Shown in pieces: positions 1-10,874 of a stretch of 64,000 nucleotides of DNA (the first letter of the stretch is position 1; each line of letters starts with the position of its first letter). Origin of the DNA: Paramoeba atlantica (taxonomy: Eukaryota; Protista; Discosea); the NCBI GenBank assembly GCA_977017575.1, contig CDRNVI010000039.1, positions 372,001-436,000 on the forward strand, given 5' to 3'. Position numbers and translations under genes: made by a program. Under the pieces are notes generated by a model. The model ran no database searches, was not told the DNA's origin, and saw nothing but the letters and a program-made list of their open reading frames with translations.

Positions 1-243
1 CTTAGTGCGACTAGGAACCGAAGCTGAAGTCTGATACTGACTTTCTTGTGGGCTACAGCCTTTGAGCAGCATTGGGTCTTTGATCGAGTGCACTCCGGAA
101 ATGTGTGGAGACAGATTCGTAATATCCGCAAGACCTTGCCGCATTAACGGACGGTTCGTACTATGAGGAGTGCTTGGTAGTTCTTTTAAGGTTCCTACTT
201 TCATCGAAAATGAAGCTTCCTTTACTAACTCTGGCGACTGCAT
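1..243 (-). CDS. 5' part of a hypothetical protein running off the window; contains a destruction-box-like motif RQGLADITN
   Basis: Manual translation: ATG at 243-241, then 81 open codons to the window edge (MQSPELVKEASFSMKVG...LMRQGLADITNLSPH...SRTK). Same strand as the cluster. Not in the ORF track because it has no stop in the window. Confidence 0.5.
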   Translation of the reverse strand, partial: MQSPELVKEASFSMKVGTLKELPSTPHSTNRPLMRQGLADITNLSPHISGVHSIKDPMLLKGCSPQESQYQTSASVPSRTK

Positions 244-585
244 ACTAAATAAACATTCTTAGTGTTGATCGTATTACTAAAATTTTTTCTTATGCGTATT
301 TGCGACATACTTGTATGACGTGAAAGGGGACTTTTGCTATGATGTGAAAAAAACCTATTCCAAAGACAGAAGCATGAATTCCCTTTTCAAAGCCACCTTT
401 GGGAACTAAACTCTACTATACTACACTTAGAATCCACGAGCCTGACACCGTCCTTTCACGACACTCTACTACACTGTAGAAAAAACGTGCGAATGTTCAG
501 TGCTACAACTTGGTATAATAGCTATTGAAACTGCACGATACCCTAAAAGAGTTCTGATCAAGGGAAACCATTAAAACCTCGCTCC

Positions 586-1770
586 TTAGTTTTTTGCAAC
601 TCCTTTCTTTCCTCCCGCATGTCCTTTCTTAACAAGCTTTCCTGAGGGAAGTGACGCCTTCGTAGTTCGCTTGTTTTTTTTCTCATCCTCCCCTCCGAAG
701 GGGGTTGATGAAATCTTGTGGGCAGTCTTAAAAAAAGTATCCAACCGACCTTGAGTCTTCGTCTTCCGCGCATCCATTAATTTTTGGATGCCGCGCGATA
801 CGCGTTCTTCAGAAAATAATTTTTCCTTGACAAGGAATTCTTTTAGTCCTTCGACGTCGGGCTCAGTAAAATCTATGAGCAAATCCTCTGCCTTATTCAC
901 AACTGGGTTTTGAAAAAGCCTTCGAGCGGCGACATAATTAAAGTTTTCCGGCGTCCATGGATGTTTCTCCGGATCTAAGTTCTCCAATAGCTTTTCCAGA
1001 CTCCCATATTGAAGTATTCCCTCCAGCGCTCGCACGGGACCTATCCCCGCAACCTTCCCAGTGTAATCACACCCAAGCAGCACACAAAAGTCAATAAACT
1101 GTTCCCGGGTCAACTTCAGATCACGCAGCACCTCCTCCAGATGGTACTCCATAATCCCACCGGACTGGGAATAGTTCAGGTGACGCAGCATAACCGTGGC
1201 GCCAAACGTCAGGGCATCCATGTCCTCCGTCCCCACGGCCCACGCCTTGCCCCCGCGGACAAGCTCTACGCACTGGGCCTCCGCCTCCTCCGGCGCCTCC
1301 ACCACAGGCATCCCCATCAGCCGTAGCAGTTTCTTACACTCCTCGTTCTGCTCCCGGGTGACGCGCACCATGCGTTTGCTCATGCGCTCCATCATGGCGT
1401 CATCTTTTAACTCAGTCGCGACTTGCAACCCGGTGGCCGCATCCGCCGCGAGTTTGTTCCTCCGGGAGATCTCATGCGACTTCATGTCGGGAGGCTTGCC
1501 ATCAAACACGTAAATCGGTTTAATCCCCTCGCTGACCATTCGAAGTGTGCGGCTCCAGAGCCCCACAAGGTGGGAGGTCACCTCCCCGGCCTCATTGGTG
1601 AGTTCCGTACCCTGACCCTCGGAGAAGCCTTTTAGTGCGATAAGGAACTGGTAGATCGCGCAGGAGGCATCCAGCGCAATGCGACGACCAAAGTAACTTT
1701 TGATGTCCTGCTTTTTCAACCCGTGAATGGCCTTCTCCGCGATTACTTTGCTGAGTCCATCAATACCCAT
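586..1770 (-). CDS. FEN1: Flap endonuclease 1
   Basis: MGIDGL start, DAS...YQF, ETSHL-like VTSHL, YVFDGKPP, EAEAQC, EDMDALTFG, LLGCDY, GIGP H3TH, C-terminal PIP box QGRLDTFF. Start set at the ATG at 1770 rather than the track's 1893. Confidence 0.97.
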   Translation of the reverse strand: MGIDGLSKVIAEKAIHGLKKQDIKSYFGRRIALDASCAIYQFLIALKGFSEGQGTELTNEAGEVTSHLVGLWSRTLRMVSEGIKPIYVFDGKPPDMKSHEISRRNKLAADAATGLQVATELKDDAMMERMSKRMVRVTREQNEECKKLLRLMGMPVVEAPEEAEAQCVELVRGGKAWAVGTEDMDALTFGATVMLRHLNYSQSGGIMEYHLEEVLRDLKLTREQFIDFCVLLGCDYTGKVAGIGPVRALEGILQYGSLEKLLENLDPEKHPWTPENFNYVAARRLFQNPVVNKAEDLLIDFTEPDVEGLKEFLVKEKLFSEERVSRGIQKLMDARKTKTQGRLDTFFKTAHKISSTPFGGEDEKKNKRTTKASLPSGKLVKKGHAGGKKGVAKN

Positions 1771-1925
1771 TGCGAGGACAATGTTGAGGTCTAAATAATT
1801 AAAACGTGTAAGAAGGCTATACCTGTGTCTTGTGTGTGTACATGTAAATAAAATTTCCAGGGTGTGTTTAATAGAAAGAAAGGACAGTATCATTCATTTT
1901 TCCTAACAAAATATTTTCTTATTTT

Positions 1926-2639
1926 CTATTCCCTAGTGCTTTCGGGTATAAACTGTGTTCTGCGGTCTCTTTCATAGTTACCTGAAGGTGTGACTACAAC
2001 ATCAAGAAAGGCGTCGTGAGATTCCATGGGAAAATCATCTTCTGCTACTAATTGACAAGTAAACGCAAGACCCATCGCAACTTCGATGGAAGTGGTACCT
2101 GGGGTGCGAAGCAATCGATCAAACCATCCTTTTCCTCTCCCCAACCGGGCACATTGCTTCGTAAACGCAACGCCAGGAACAAGTAACAAGTCAAGCTCCC
2201 TTGGTGAATCGCCACTTTCTGTCGGATACCGCAACTGTGGGAACCCCATTCTGCCAACTTCAAACAGAGCATCTAAATCTTCCATGGAGGACACACGGGT
2301 AAAAACCATAAGATCTGTCCTTTTTTGTTCACAGTGAGACGGACCTCCTTCCACGTTCACCTGTTGGGTACGGGGTTCGGTAATTATATACACCTTTTTG
2401 CAACATTCGTCTTTGAGTGCTTCTCGTATGATATGTCTGGTATCAACTTCCCGAGTTGAAAATTGTGATGGAACGCTCAGATACGTCCCCAGTGTACTAC
2501 ACTTTTTCCACCAAAGAGAGGATAAAAGTTGCGTGGCAATGTGTTCACTTTGAGTATTCAAATCTTTGATCGACGCTTGTGCCAGCAGATAATTCACCTG
2601 ACGACGAAACAGCTTCTTTCGCAAGACTATTTCAGACAT
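1926..2639 (-). CDS. 5-formyltetrahydrofolate cyclo-ligase (MTHFS family)
   Basis: K..LR N-terminus, EVDT, DLLLVPGVAF, RLGRGKGWFDR, D..LD.VVT motifs. Start at MSEIVLRKK (ATG 2639). Confidence 0.9.
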   Translation of the reverse strand: MSEIVLRKKLFRRQVNYLLAQASIKDLNTQSEHIATQLLSSLWWKKCSTLGTYLSVPSQFSTREVDTRHIIREALKDECCKKVYIITEPRTQQVNVEGGPSHCEQKRTDLMVFTRVSSMEDLDALFEVGRMGFPQLRYPTESGDSPRELDLLLVPGVAFTKQCARLGRGKGWFDRLLRTPGTTSIEVAMGLAFTCQLVAEDDFPMESHDAFLDVVVTPSGNYERDRRTQFIPESTRE

Positions 2640-3213
2640 AAACTCAAGCCTTCTCAAAATTTCTTTTTTTTGAAATAAACTTTCACTGGAAACTTACGGA
2701 GAATTTTGTAGCTAACAGTGCACAGAATAAAGAAAAGTTGCATCATGATTTAGAAATTTAGTTTAAACACATCACATACAGTACTACATACAGTAATGTA
2801 CCGCGTACCGTAAGTAAATACAATAATAGCATTGTGCAATACTAGCATACAGAATTCCCATATTCTCTATTTATAGTTTTACACTAGTTTTTATGCGTTT
2901 TCTACATTCAGAAACCTTTGTAGGCTGGAACATGCTTTGATGTGCAAAAAACGTAAAATATCCTGACCAAATTGGAGTCAAACGTACCATTAAAAAATAA
3001 TGAAACAGATACTAGTTTTTTTTACTAGTAGTTCTCATAGTAAGTTTACATATCTAGTGTGTACGTAAGAACTAAAAAACTTGACAAGCACTTAGAAACG
3101 TGATCATTTACTAAAACAGGACTCGCCCAAAGCAACGGAAAAGATGCACTTTGTTTAACTAGTTAAACACAGTAAAATCTTTACCTACCTTGAAATTTAT
3201 ATCAGTTACAAAG

Positions 3214-4878
3214 CTAAGCGCTGACTATGTGAAACGTGCTTAAGAGATCTTGGAATTTGCCCTCAAACTTGCTCCATACTAATGAAGGAGTTTCCCACCG
3301 GAGCATGTAAGTTTTTCCGTCCTCCACAAAGACAACTATCCGTGCTTGATGCTCCTCCTTGGAACCGCTTCCTATCTCCTGCGCCTCTTGCTGTGAGAAC
3401 GTTACACAGTCATGTCCACAGAGCATATCCATTTTTAGATCTGAAATTCTAACCTCTGATCGAGCTGCTTCTTGCTGGAGTCGATCCAGCCACTGCTCTA
3501 ATGTAGGCTCACAATCTTTGTCGCTAGAAGGATCACCACACCGTACGGTAAAAATAGGAGTAGCCTCGGTTGCAGCGCTTCCGGGTTCCATTCCCTCCGG
3601 CGCCATTGTGATCGCATTGTCCCCAATTCGAGACTCAACAAGACGGCTCTTAAGTTTCACAGAAAATCTGTATCGGTTTCGACGATTGTGATAAGTGATC
3701 TCGTCGTGTGTAGCACTGGAAGTGATGCTTCGTACTATTTTCTCCAGTTCTGACTCCTTTAATATGGACTTTTTAGATTTTAGCGGAGAAACCCTTAAAC
3801 AAAAAGCACCAGTGGCAATGAGACACACATGGTGACCTCCGACATTTTTGTACGTTGCAGTTAGTATATCATCTTTTTGAGTCATTGAGAAGGACGTTCC
3901 ACGATTCTCTTTCGCAATGTGAAGAAGCTTTTCCTGTGACCACATGCCTCCGTCCGCTGGTTTTAGAAGCTCGACTCTTTCAGTCTTATTTGGTGACGGT
4001 GTTTCCGCCTCTAGTAGCTCAGTTGGTGATTTTGCAATGGACAATAGTATCCATGATACAGGGAGAGATATTGTAAATGCCCCACTTGAGCTTGAGACAA
4101 TAGTAGAACTCGACGGCCCTGTATACGGTAGTTTATTTATTTGAAATTGTCGAGCAATGTCACGTACGTCCTTCTCATACTTTTCGTACACATCAGGACT
4201 TCCCATGAACTGAAGCACGTACGCCAAGTCATTCTCCAATGTCAAAAAATTTACAACTTTCATTTGCATAAAAGGTGCCATCATATTGTACTGAAGAGTC
4301 ATTTTAAATGGCCCGTTGTTTTCTGGCCCATCAAACACGACTTGAGGTGGGACCATTCCTTGTGTCATTGCATACATTTGTTGCATTGCGTTTGCCTTAC
4401 TCGTTTCTTTAAATTCATGTAAGTCTTGACCTACAAGACTCGTGTCTTCCACGCTCAAAACAACTATTGGCGCTGCTCCTGGGGTGTCGTTTGAAATATG
4501 ATCTGTGTGTTTCAATGTAATCATTGCCACATTAGGGACAGGGGAAACATCCTCAGCTACTTTCCATGACGGAGGCAGCCGCAAAACAGCTCCCAAATGA
4601 TCATACACAAACACGCCTTCACGACTTTGATGAGCAAGTGTGCTTTCTATTCGATCGCTCCCGGACACTGGTGAAACTTTGAATTCAGATTTTTCAGCTT
4701 TCTTTCCCACATTTTCATTATTTGTTTTTTTTGGAATGTCCAAAGTAGAAACTTTTTGAAAATGTATCACGTCAACGTCCGCGTTCCGAGTTCGACGAAT
4801 TCTTCTCCAGACCCAGTACGCCAATCCGCTTCCTGCAATAACACCGGCAAAAACTGCAAGTTTACTGTGCTTGACCAT
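3214..4878 (-). CDS. Hypothetical membrane-anchored protein (554 aa) with about three PsbP/Mog1/DcrB-like repeats
   Basis: Long ORF. N-terminal hydrophobic helix LAVFAGVIAGSGLAYWVW; recurring units starting LRLPPSW / ISLPVSW and ending YVLQF...F.I / YMLRW...F.I. Pyrimidine tract plus AG upstream. The fold assignment is inference. Confidence 0.75.
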   Translation of the reverse strand: MVKHSKLAVFAGVIAGSGLAYWVWRRIRRTRNADVDVIHFQKVSTLDIPKKTNNENVGKKAEKSEFKVSPVSGSDRIESTLAHQSREGVFVYDHLGAVLRLPPSWKVAEDVSPVPNVAMITLKHTDHISNDTPGAAPIVVLSVEDTSLVGQDLHEFKETSKANAMQQMYAMTQGMVPPQVVFDGPENNGPFKMTLQYNMMAPFMQMKVVNFLTLENDLAYVLQFMGSPDVYEKYEKDVRDIARQFQINKLPYTGPSSSTIVSSSSGAFTISLPVSWILLSIAKSPTELLEAETPSPNKTERVELLKPADGGMWSQEKLLHIAKENRGTSFSMTQKDDILTATYKNVGGHHVCLIATGAFCLRVSPLKSKKSILKESELEKIVRSITSSATHDEITYHNRRNRYRFSVKLKSRLVESRIGDNAITMAPEGMEPGSAATEATPIFTVRCGDPSSDKDCEPTLEQWLDRLQQEAARSEVRISDLKMDMLCGHDCVTFSQQEAQEIGSGSKEEHQARIVVFVEDGKTYMLRWETPSLVWSKFEGKFQDLLSTFHIVSA

Positions 4879-5593
4879 GCTATTCTATAAAAAAGGAAAG
4901 AAATTATTGTATAGAGTCTGTAAAGGTGAAGGATTTACGAAACAAACTATTTATTAAATTCTAGTTAAATTATTATTAACAATTCTAAGTTATGCATGTC
5001 GAGTTCTATTCATAAATAAACAAGCTTCCTGCTAACAATATGCTTAAAAACAAGCTTAAAAAAGTAAACTATTAACGAATGTTATAAAATCATGTAGATG
5101 CTTAGTGATTACCCGGTATTTTGAAGTCCAATGAATATGTATGTTCATGAGATGCGTTAGTTGCAAAGAAACAATTCCTGATACGAAGCACCAATCCGTA
5201 TTTACACTGAAAAATTGAGGTATCAGTCACGGGGTTACCTGTTATGAGTGTCATGTAAACTATCAAAAGAGATTCAAGGTTTCTCATCATTAGAAGCTGA
5301 CCTAATAGATTACAAGCAACAAAAGCTGTATCAAAGGTTTAGTAGTAAATTAGTTGATTATAGACCGAGTGAGATATAGGTAAGAAATTTAAAGTTCCTC
5401 TAAGAAATTACACGCATTGCGTAACCCAGTTTCTCTATTATAGCAGCTCATAGTTGTTGCGATAGAGAAACTACGTTCGCGAAGAAAAATACAGTGATTC
5501 GCAATTCTTCTAGTTATTTATACAACTAGTAATAAAGAGTTACTGATAAAAATTACTGTTAAAGAAGGACCACTATGGTACGCCAGAACTTTT

Positions 5594-7782
5594 TAGACTC
5601 TTCGTTAAACGCGGTGGTTGTTTTCAACTTAGCAGTCACTCATGCTGCGCGCTTCGCGTTGAAAACTACCACCGCGTTTAACGAAGAGCCTAAAAAAGAA
5701 AATTGACCTGGAAAGCTCGACAAAACGGAAAGATCATAGCCAAAAATAGCCCATTTTCAGGCAAAAGTGGGGCTAATTTTAGGTATTTCTGCTCTCAGAA
5801 CACTAAATCCGACATTTGCGCGTGGGAAATTACTCGTAGGCATGAATAAAAGCCTACCGAACGTATTGGGTAGAGAATACGACTCCAACCACACCATTCT
5901 TTCGACACAAAAAGGCCCCTTGGGGTCCGAAAAATACTTTTTCGCCTTTTTTAGTCAAAAATGGGTCATTTTGAGGGGCGTACCACGGCTCGAAGAAGGG
6001 ATATCTTGCGAAAACAACTGCAGAGAAAGCTAGTACAGGTCTCAAACTCTCAAAATACAATAGGGGAAACGATTTTGGATTGTTTTTTTTGCAATTCTTT
6101 TCGCCAAGTTGAACTTCTTTTTTAAAAAAAAATTCCGAAAAAATCCGAACTTGGCGGACCCGTCCTGCGGATACGCGGGGGGGTCACCCCCGGGTAGGGG
6201 GGTGGAAAATGCGCGCCAAGACCCCGGCTACCCCTTCTGCGGTTTCTTTTCGAAAACTAATTTTTTGACTACCCCTTCTGCGGTTTTTTTTTCGAAAAAT
6301 AATTTTTTCAAAAAAATTTGCTTGACCATGACACCCCCCTGGACCCCCCATTTTTTTCAATTTTTTTTTTCAATTTTGGACCACCGGAGCCCCCTTTTAT
6401 AAATTTTTCTTCTATTATAAACCCCGCGTCACCAATAAGTGACCACCCTTATTTTTAGCACAGGTGGTCGTGGGGGGGTTATCATACCACGTTGTCGTTC
6501 AAAATTTTGAGATCTGTACGTTCCCGCTGTTTTTAGCTCATTTTAAAACTTTAAAATTCAGTAAAAAAAAAAATTAATTTTTTCAACTTTTTTTTCAAAA
6601 ATGCCAAAATCACCATATCGACTCCCAAGAGGGGGGCTGACTTCTAGTGGAAAGGTTCTTTTAAAGATGAGGCACGGACAAGGAGTACCAATAAAAGAGC
6701 TAGCCCGTGATTTCAACGTTTCTAGAAGGATAGTTAAAAAATATTTGAACGAAAGAAAAACTACCCCAGTATACACTTTGAGTCCTGAGCGAAAAAAAAT
6801 AATGAAAACTCGTAAAACGAAAATTGAGAAGATAATAACCCCTCTTGACCCCGCTGGAGTACCGAGACTCAATTCATCAAGGCGCATAGCAGCCCAATTG
6901 AAGCCGCTCGACCGCTATGCCAAGGGCTTACCGAACGACAAAAAGTAAAAAGAGTTCAATTTGCGTTGAATAACAATATGGATACTTCCCGTGTCATCAT
7001 TACAGACGAAAAAATATTTGATACGAATGATGGCAGAAGAAAAATGTGGGTAAGGCGCGGTCAAAAAGCAGCCCCGCGTCAAAAAGTACGTTGGGCACCA
7101 AGATGCCAAGTTTGGGGTGCTGTAGGGGTGGGGTGGAGGTACTTGGTAATTCTACAAAATGACACATCTATTACAAGTGAGACGTACATAGAAACATTAA
7201 AAGAGGTAGATTTCCCCCCTAATCGTATTTTTCAGCAAGATGGGGCAACGGCACACACTGCTCGTGCCTCAAAGGAGTACGTTGAAAGCGCAATGAGTGA
7301 ACTTCTGAAAAATTGGCCCCCCAACTCACCAGATCTTTCCCCAATAGAAAACGTCTGGTCTATGGTCCAAGGGGCGGTGGACGAACAGACCCCATCGGAT
7401 AAGCCTTCACTCATCCGATGTGTACGCAAAGCGTGGTCTCGCTTGTCTCAAAATGTGATCGACAAAACGGTCTGAAGCTTTGACTCACGCCTTAAGGAGT
7501 GTATAAGATTGAAAGGCGAAAAAGTGAAAAAATGGTAATTCCTCAATTAAATATACGTATTCGCTTCTTTTAGTTTCATTCCTTCTCGCGCAAAGTCTTT
7601 GTGTTGAGATCTGCAAAATGCAACAAAAATCAGCTCAAACGGACACTTGTACGAAAAAAAAGTGGGGGGTCACTTTTCATGACGCGGGGTTTATTACTGT
7701 GTTCCTCTTTATATTTTCACTGTTTTTGTTCACTTTTTTTTCAATAATCGAGGGTAGAGCGGTAGTTATACAACCACCGCAA
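5594..7782. mobile_element. Repeat family B, copy 1: non-coding element with a long hairpin at one end and a short hairpin at the other (Helitron2/Helentron-like); interrupted by Tc1 element A1
   Basis: 35-bp-arm hairpin 5594-5692; body homologous to 21586-22016 plus 25249-25560 (inverted) and to 52686-53370; ends in GCGGTAGTTATACAACCACCGC-AA at 7759-7782. Confidence 0.7.
6420..7691 (+). mobile_element. Tc1/IS630-like DNA transposon A1 (DD35E) with a defective transposase
   Basis: About 30-bp imperfect TIRs (AACCCCGCGTCA...AAGTGACC), TA TSD at 6418-19 and 7692-93. Split ORFs 6601-6948 (HTH) and 6966-7475 (TDEK, QQDGA..HT, WPPNSPDLSPIE; 35 residues from D to E). Internal deletion/frameshift and a premature TGA. 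Confidence 0.9.
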
Positions 7783-8389
7783 TGACTACTATGAGTATAG
7801 TTGATGATATAGTACAGTGCCGTAGAACAGTAGTGCATTGAATATACTACATTCAATAAACAAAGGAGCATCCGAAGGGACTGTTTCTATTTCCCTTTTC
7901 TACGTTATTGTATTTATTTTCTCCTGGAGGTGATGAACATCGTCCATTTTCCCGTTTCCAGATAAATCCTGCTCAAAGACATAATTCTATTATGCTATAA
8001 TTACTTCAACAAAAACAGATATATCAGACATGAAAAATGTAATCATGGTCGAGGTAGAAAGGTCATCGTCGGATTGCGTATCATCATTGAAAGCGTGTAT
8101 ACACTACACAATACACAGCGTGTATACAAAAGTTACTGTAAACTTTAGAGGAAGTTACCCTTCCATAGGCGAAAATGTACCGAAACCTCACAGAAACCTC
8201 GACGCGCAGCCCCACATTTAGGGGGCTTCTTCAGTTCTTTTCATCTCATTTCTTCAGTTCTCTTCATTAAGTGCGAAGGTAGCTTCGAAAACTGAAAGAA
8301 AAAAGTGCACTATATGCAGACGTATTCATTTTTCAAGCTATAAAAGCATTTTGAGCTGTAAAAGCACTTTGAGCTTTTATATGAGGCCA

Positions 8390-9276
8390 ACACCAGTCTA
8401 TCCATCTAGTTTCGATGCACCGCTTCGGACACAAAGGTAGAAAGCGTGTCCGCAAGCCACGGCCCATGAGCACTGGACAGTGCACGACTGGGCTCCAGTT
8501 GTGTGGTCGGACGAGACGAAGATCTCGCGCTTTGAAACGGGGGGAAGTCTTTGGACATGGGGGACCCCGGGGGAGGAACTGGGTGAAAAAGGAGTAATTC
8601 CCACGGTGAAGTACGGAGGGGGGCACATCATGATTTGGGCGTGCATGTCTCGAAGCGGTGTGGGGCATGTGCGTCTAGTTCAAGGGAACCTGAATGCCAC
8701 GCAGTACGTCGAGATTCTTGAAGAGAATCTTTCCCCCCTCCATCGAAACTATGGGTCTAGACCCCCCAAAGGTCATCTTCCAACAAGATAATGACCCCAA
8801 GCACACAGGCCATTGTGCGCAACGGCACCTTCGGGGCACCTGGATTGAAGTCCTGCGGTGGCCCCCGCAGTCCCCTGACTTAAATCCAATCGAAAACGTT
8901 TGGGGGGAACTCAAGCGGTGCCTTGTAGCGCACGATGATCCACCAAGCGGGGTCCGAGAGTTGTGGGAGAGGGTAAAAATGGAATGGGCGAACATACCAC
9001 CCTCCGTATGTCGTGCCCAGGTGGACAGTATGCCTGCCGTATGATGGGCAGTGCTGAAGGCTCGTGGGGGGAATACTAAATACTAATTTTACGGGCATAA
9101 TCTCTCTTGGGCGATTACGTTTCATCTATTTTTTGGGACAAGATTTTCTCTATAATAGGTAGCAAAAAAACCTTTCGAATGCTAAACTTTTTTATATTCA
9201 TTCTTATTTCTTTGGTAGAGCGAACTGAGGTGAACTATCTACGGGTACTATTAGGTGACACTCATGCCTACACTAC
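8390..9276 (+). mobile_element. Tc1-like element C1 (DD34E), 5'-truncated and frameshifted
   Basis: Fragments WSDETK, TVKYGGGHIMIWAC, QQDNDPKHT, WPPQSPDLNPIE, ARGGNTKY*. Right end GCCTACACTAC|TA matches the terminal 11 nt of the C2 TIR. Confidence 0.85.
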
Positions 9277-9677
9277 TAGCACACATTACCAGCGCAACGG
9301 TGATATTTAATCAATGGCTCCATACAAAAGAAAAAGAAATCGAAACATTCGAACGGTTTTTTTGCTGACTGTATAAAATGAGCCCTTAACTGGGGCCTAT
9401 GGATACCTATGCAAAAAGTTTTGCATGTCATTTTCGTTCTTCTTTATTTTTTTAGTATGTTTTCTCGGCCTACCATGACTTCTTTTTTACATGTTTCTTT
9501 TACATGTACTCCTACATGTACTAATATGATTTTCATTTCAGATCTGCAATAACTTGACGATGTCTGCCTTTATGACTGTGCGGTTTTTATAATCTTTTCG
9601 ATCGTCTCACGTATTCGCGCTGCCCGAAAAAACGCCCAGTATATTGAAATGATGCGCACATTTAAAAAACCAAAAGA

Positions 9678-10487
9678 TTAAAAAACTTGGCTCCCTCGTA
9701 GTATTTTTTCCAGTGCATCACTGCTAATGGATCCTTCAAGAATTTTTAAGGGATTTTGTCCCAAGCGGAGATTTATGTCCTTTAGCTGATCGCTCTGTAG
9801 AGGAGATAGGTCCACTGTTCCCGCAAACAAGTTCGCATGAAGCCACAATAGCTCAATCCGGGGAGGCAGTGCATCAACAGTAATGGTACCTGAAAATCGG
9901 TTATGATTAAGCAAAATGCGACGAATTGTATGAGGTAAATGACAAAGATCAAGATGGCCGGAAAAGCGATTGTGATTTCCGTTAAGAATTTCCAGGCCTT
10001 CGGGAAGTGTGGAAAGCTGCAAAGAACCAAAAAATATATTATGGTATGTGTTTATATGTCGAAGAGAAGATGGTAGCGAACGCGTAGGAATTTCACCCGT
10101 AAGAGCAACGTGATCAGTGACAACAAGCTTATCTAGATGCCTAGGAAGGTCTGGAAAACTAATGTTCCCTTTCAGAGAAAACCGCAGTAACTCAGCTCTC
10201 CAATCAATGCTAACTACATTCATCTCTTTGTCGCAGAATACACCCTGCCAAGTGCACACTGAAACTGGTTTTCTTGGAGTTTTCAACAGACCACCAATAA
10301 AACTGTTTTTAAATAAAATCCAAGAAGCATGACGAACAACCAGTTGCTCCGTAAGTTGCCACATCAGTGTATCTTGAGAAAGGCACTCCCGGTTTACCTT
10401 TCCTCGACGAACTTCCAGTGGTTCGTCGCTACAACTGCAATCTTTGACAGCAAAAAAAGTTGTCACTAAAACTACAATCGTGTTCAT
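9678..10487 (-). CDS. Leucine-rich-repeat protein with a predicted signal peptide
   Basis: Hydrophobic N-terminus, C.W.GV.C cap (VCTWQGVFCD), repeats LPxxLxxLxxxxNxFxGxxxL. Confidence 0.88.
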   Translation of the reverse strand: MNTIVVLVTTFFAVKDCSCSDEPLEVRRGKVNRECLSQDTLMWQLTEQLVVRHASWILFKNSFIGGLLKTPRKPVSVCTWQGVFCDKEMNVVSIDWRAELLRFSLKGNISFPDLPRHLDKLVVTDHVALTGEIPTRSLPSSLRHINTYHNIFFGSLQLSTLPEGLEILNGNHNRFSGHLDLCHLPHTIRRILLNHNRFSGTITVDALPPRIELLWLHANLFAGTVDLSPLQSDQLKDINLRLGQNPLKILEGSISSDALEKILRGSQVF

Positions 10488-10874
10488 TCGATGATATAAA
10501 TAATTTACTAACTCTATAGAGGATATATTTATTGAGTATCCGCTTCTAAATAAATACCAATAGATAAAAATCCATCTTAGACAAACCTAGATAAATGCTT
10601 GTAAGATCCAGATAGACTAAATATGTTTGCTAATTCGCGGGTGAATGAATTAATTTGCGGATGAATAGATCTTGTTCATTCGCAGACGCACACATTCAGA
10701 AAGAAACTTGGTGTAAGTGTAACAAAATGAAATGCACTTAATTTTGAGGTCAACTAATTTAGAAATCTATGTTATGTGATGGTGACATTTTCAATAAAAT
10801 ATGCACAAAACTAAAAGTTTACAAGCTACTAAAAATCATTATTTTCTATTGTCCAGCACATTTTGGGAAGTGCC

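Noticed and set aside
1009-1635. Overlapping plus-strand ORFs in FEN1, and likewise in condensin, ABCE1 and the transporter (40353-41059)
   Set aside because: Antisense or alternate-frame shadows of real genes, favoured by high GC; no family motifs.
1771-1893. Long N-terminal extensions given by the ORF track (FEN1, LRR 38190-38312, CAT 41843-41884, NOP2 43673-43690)
   Set aside because: They lie upstream of the conserved family start, are AT-rich or repeat-derived, and two rely on TTG starts.
5767-6402. ORFs in family B bodies (also 21611-21975, 25236-25505, 53020-53510)
   Set aside because: Frames are not conserved between copies and are dominated by homopolymer-derived F/K/P runs; non-coding repeat.
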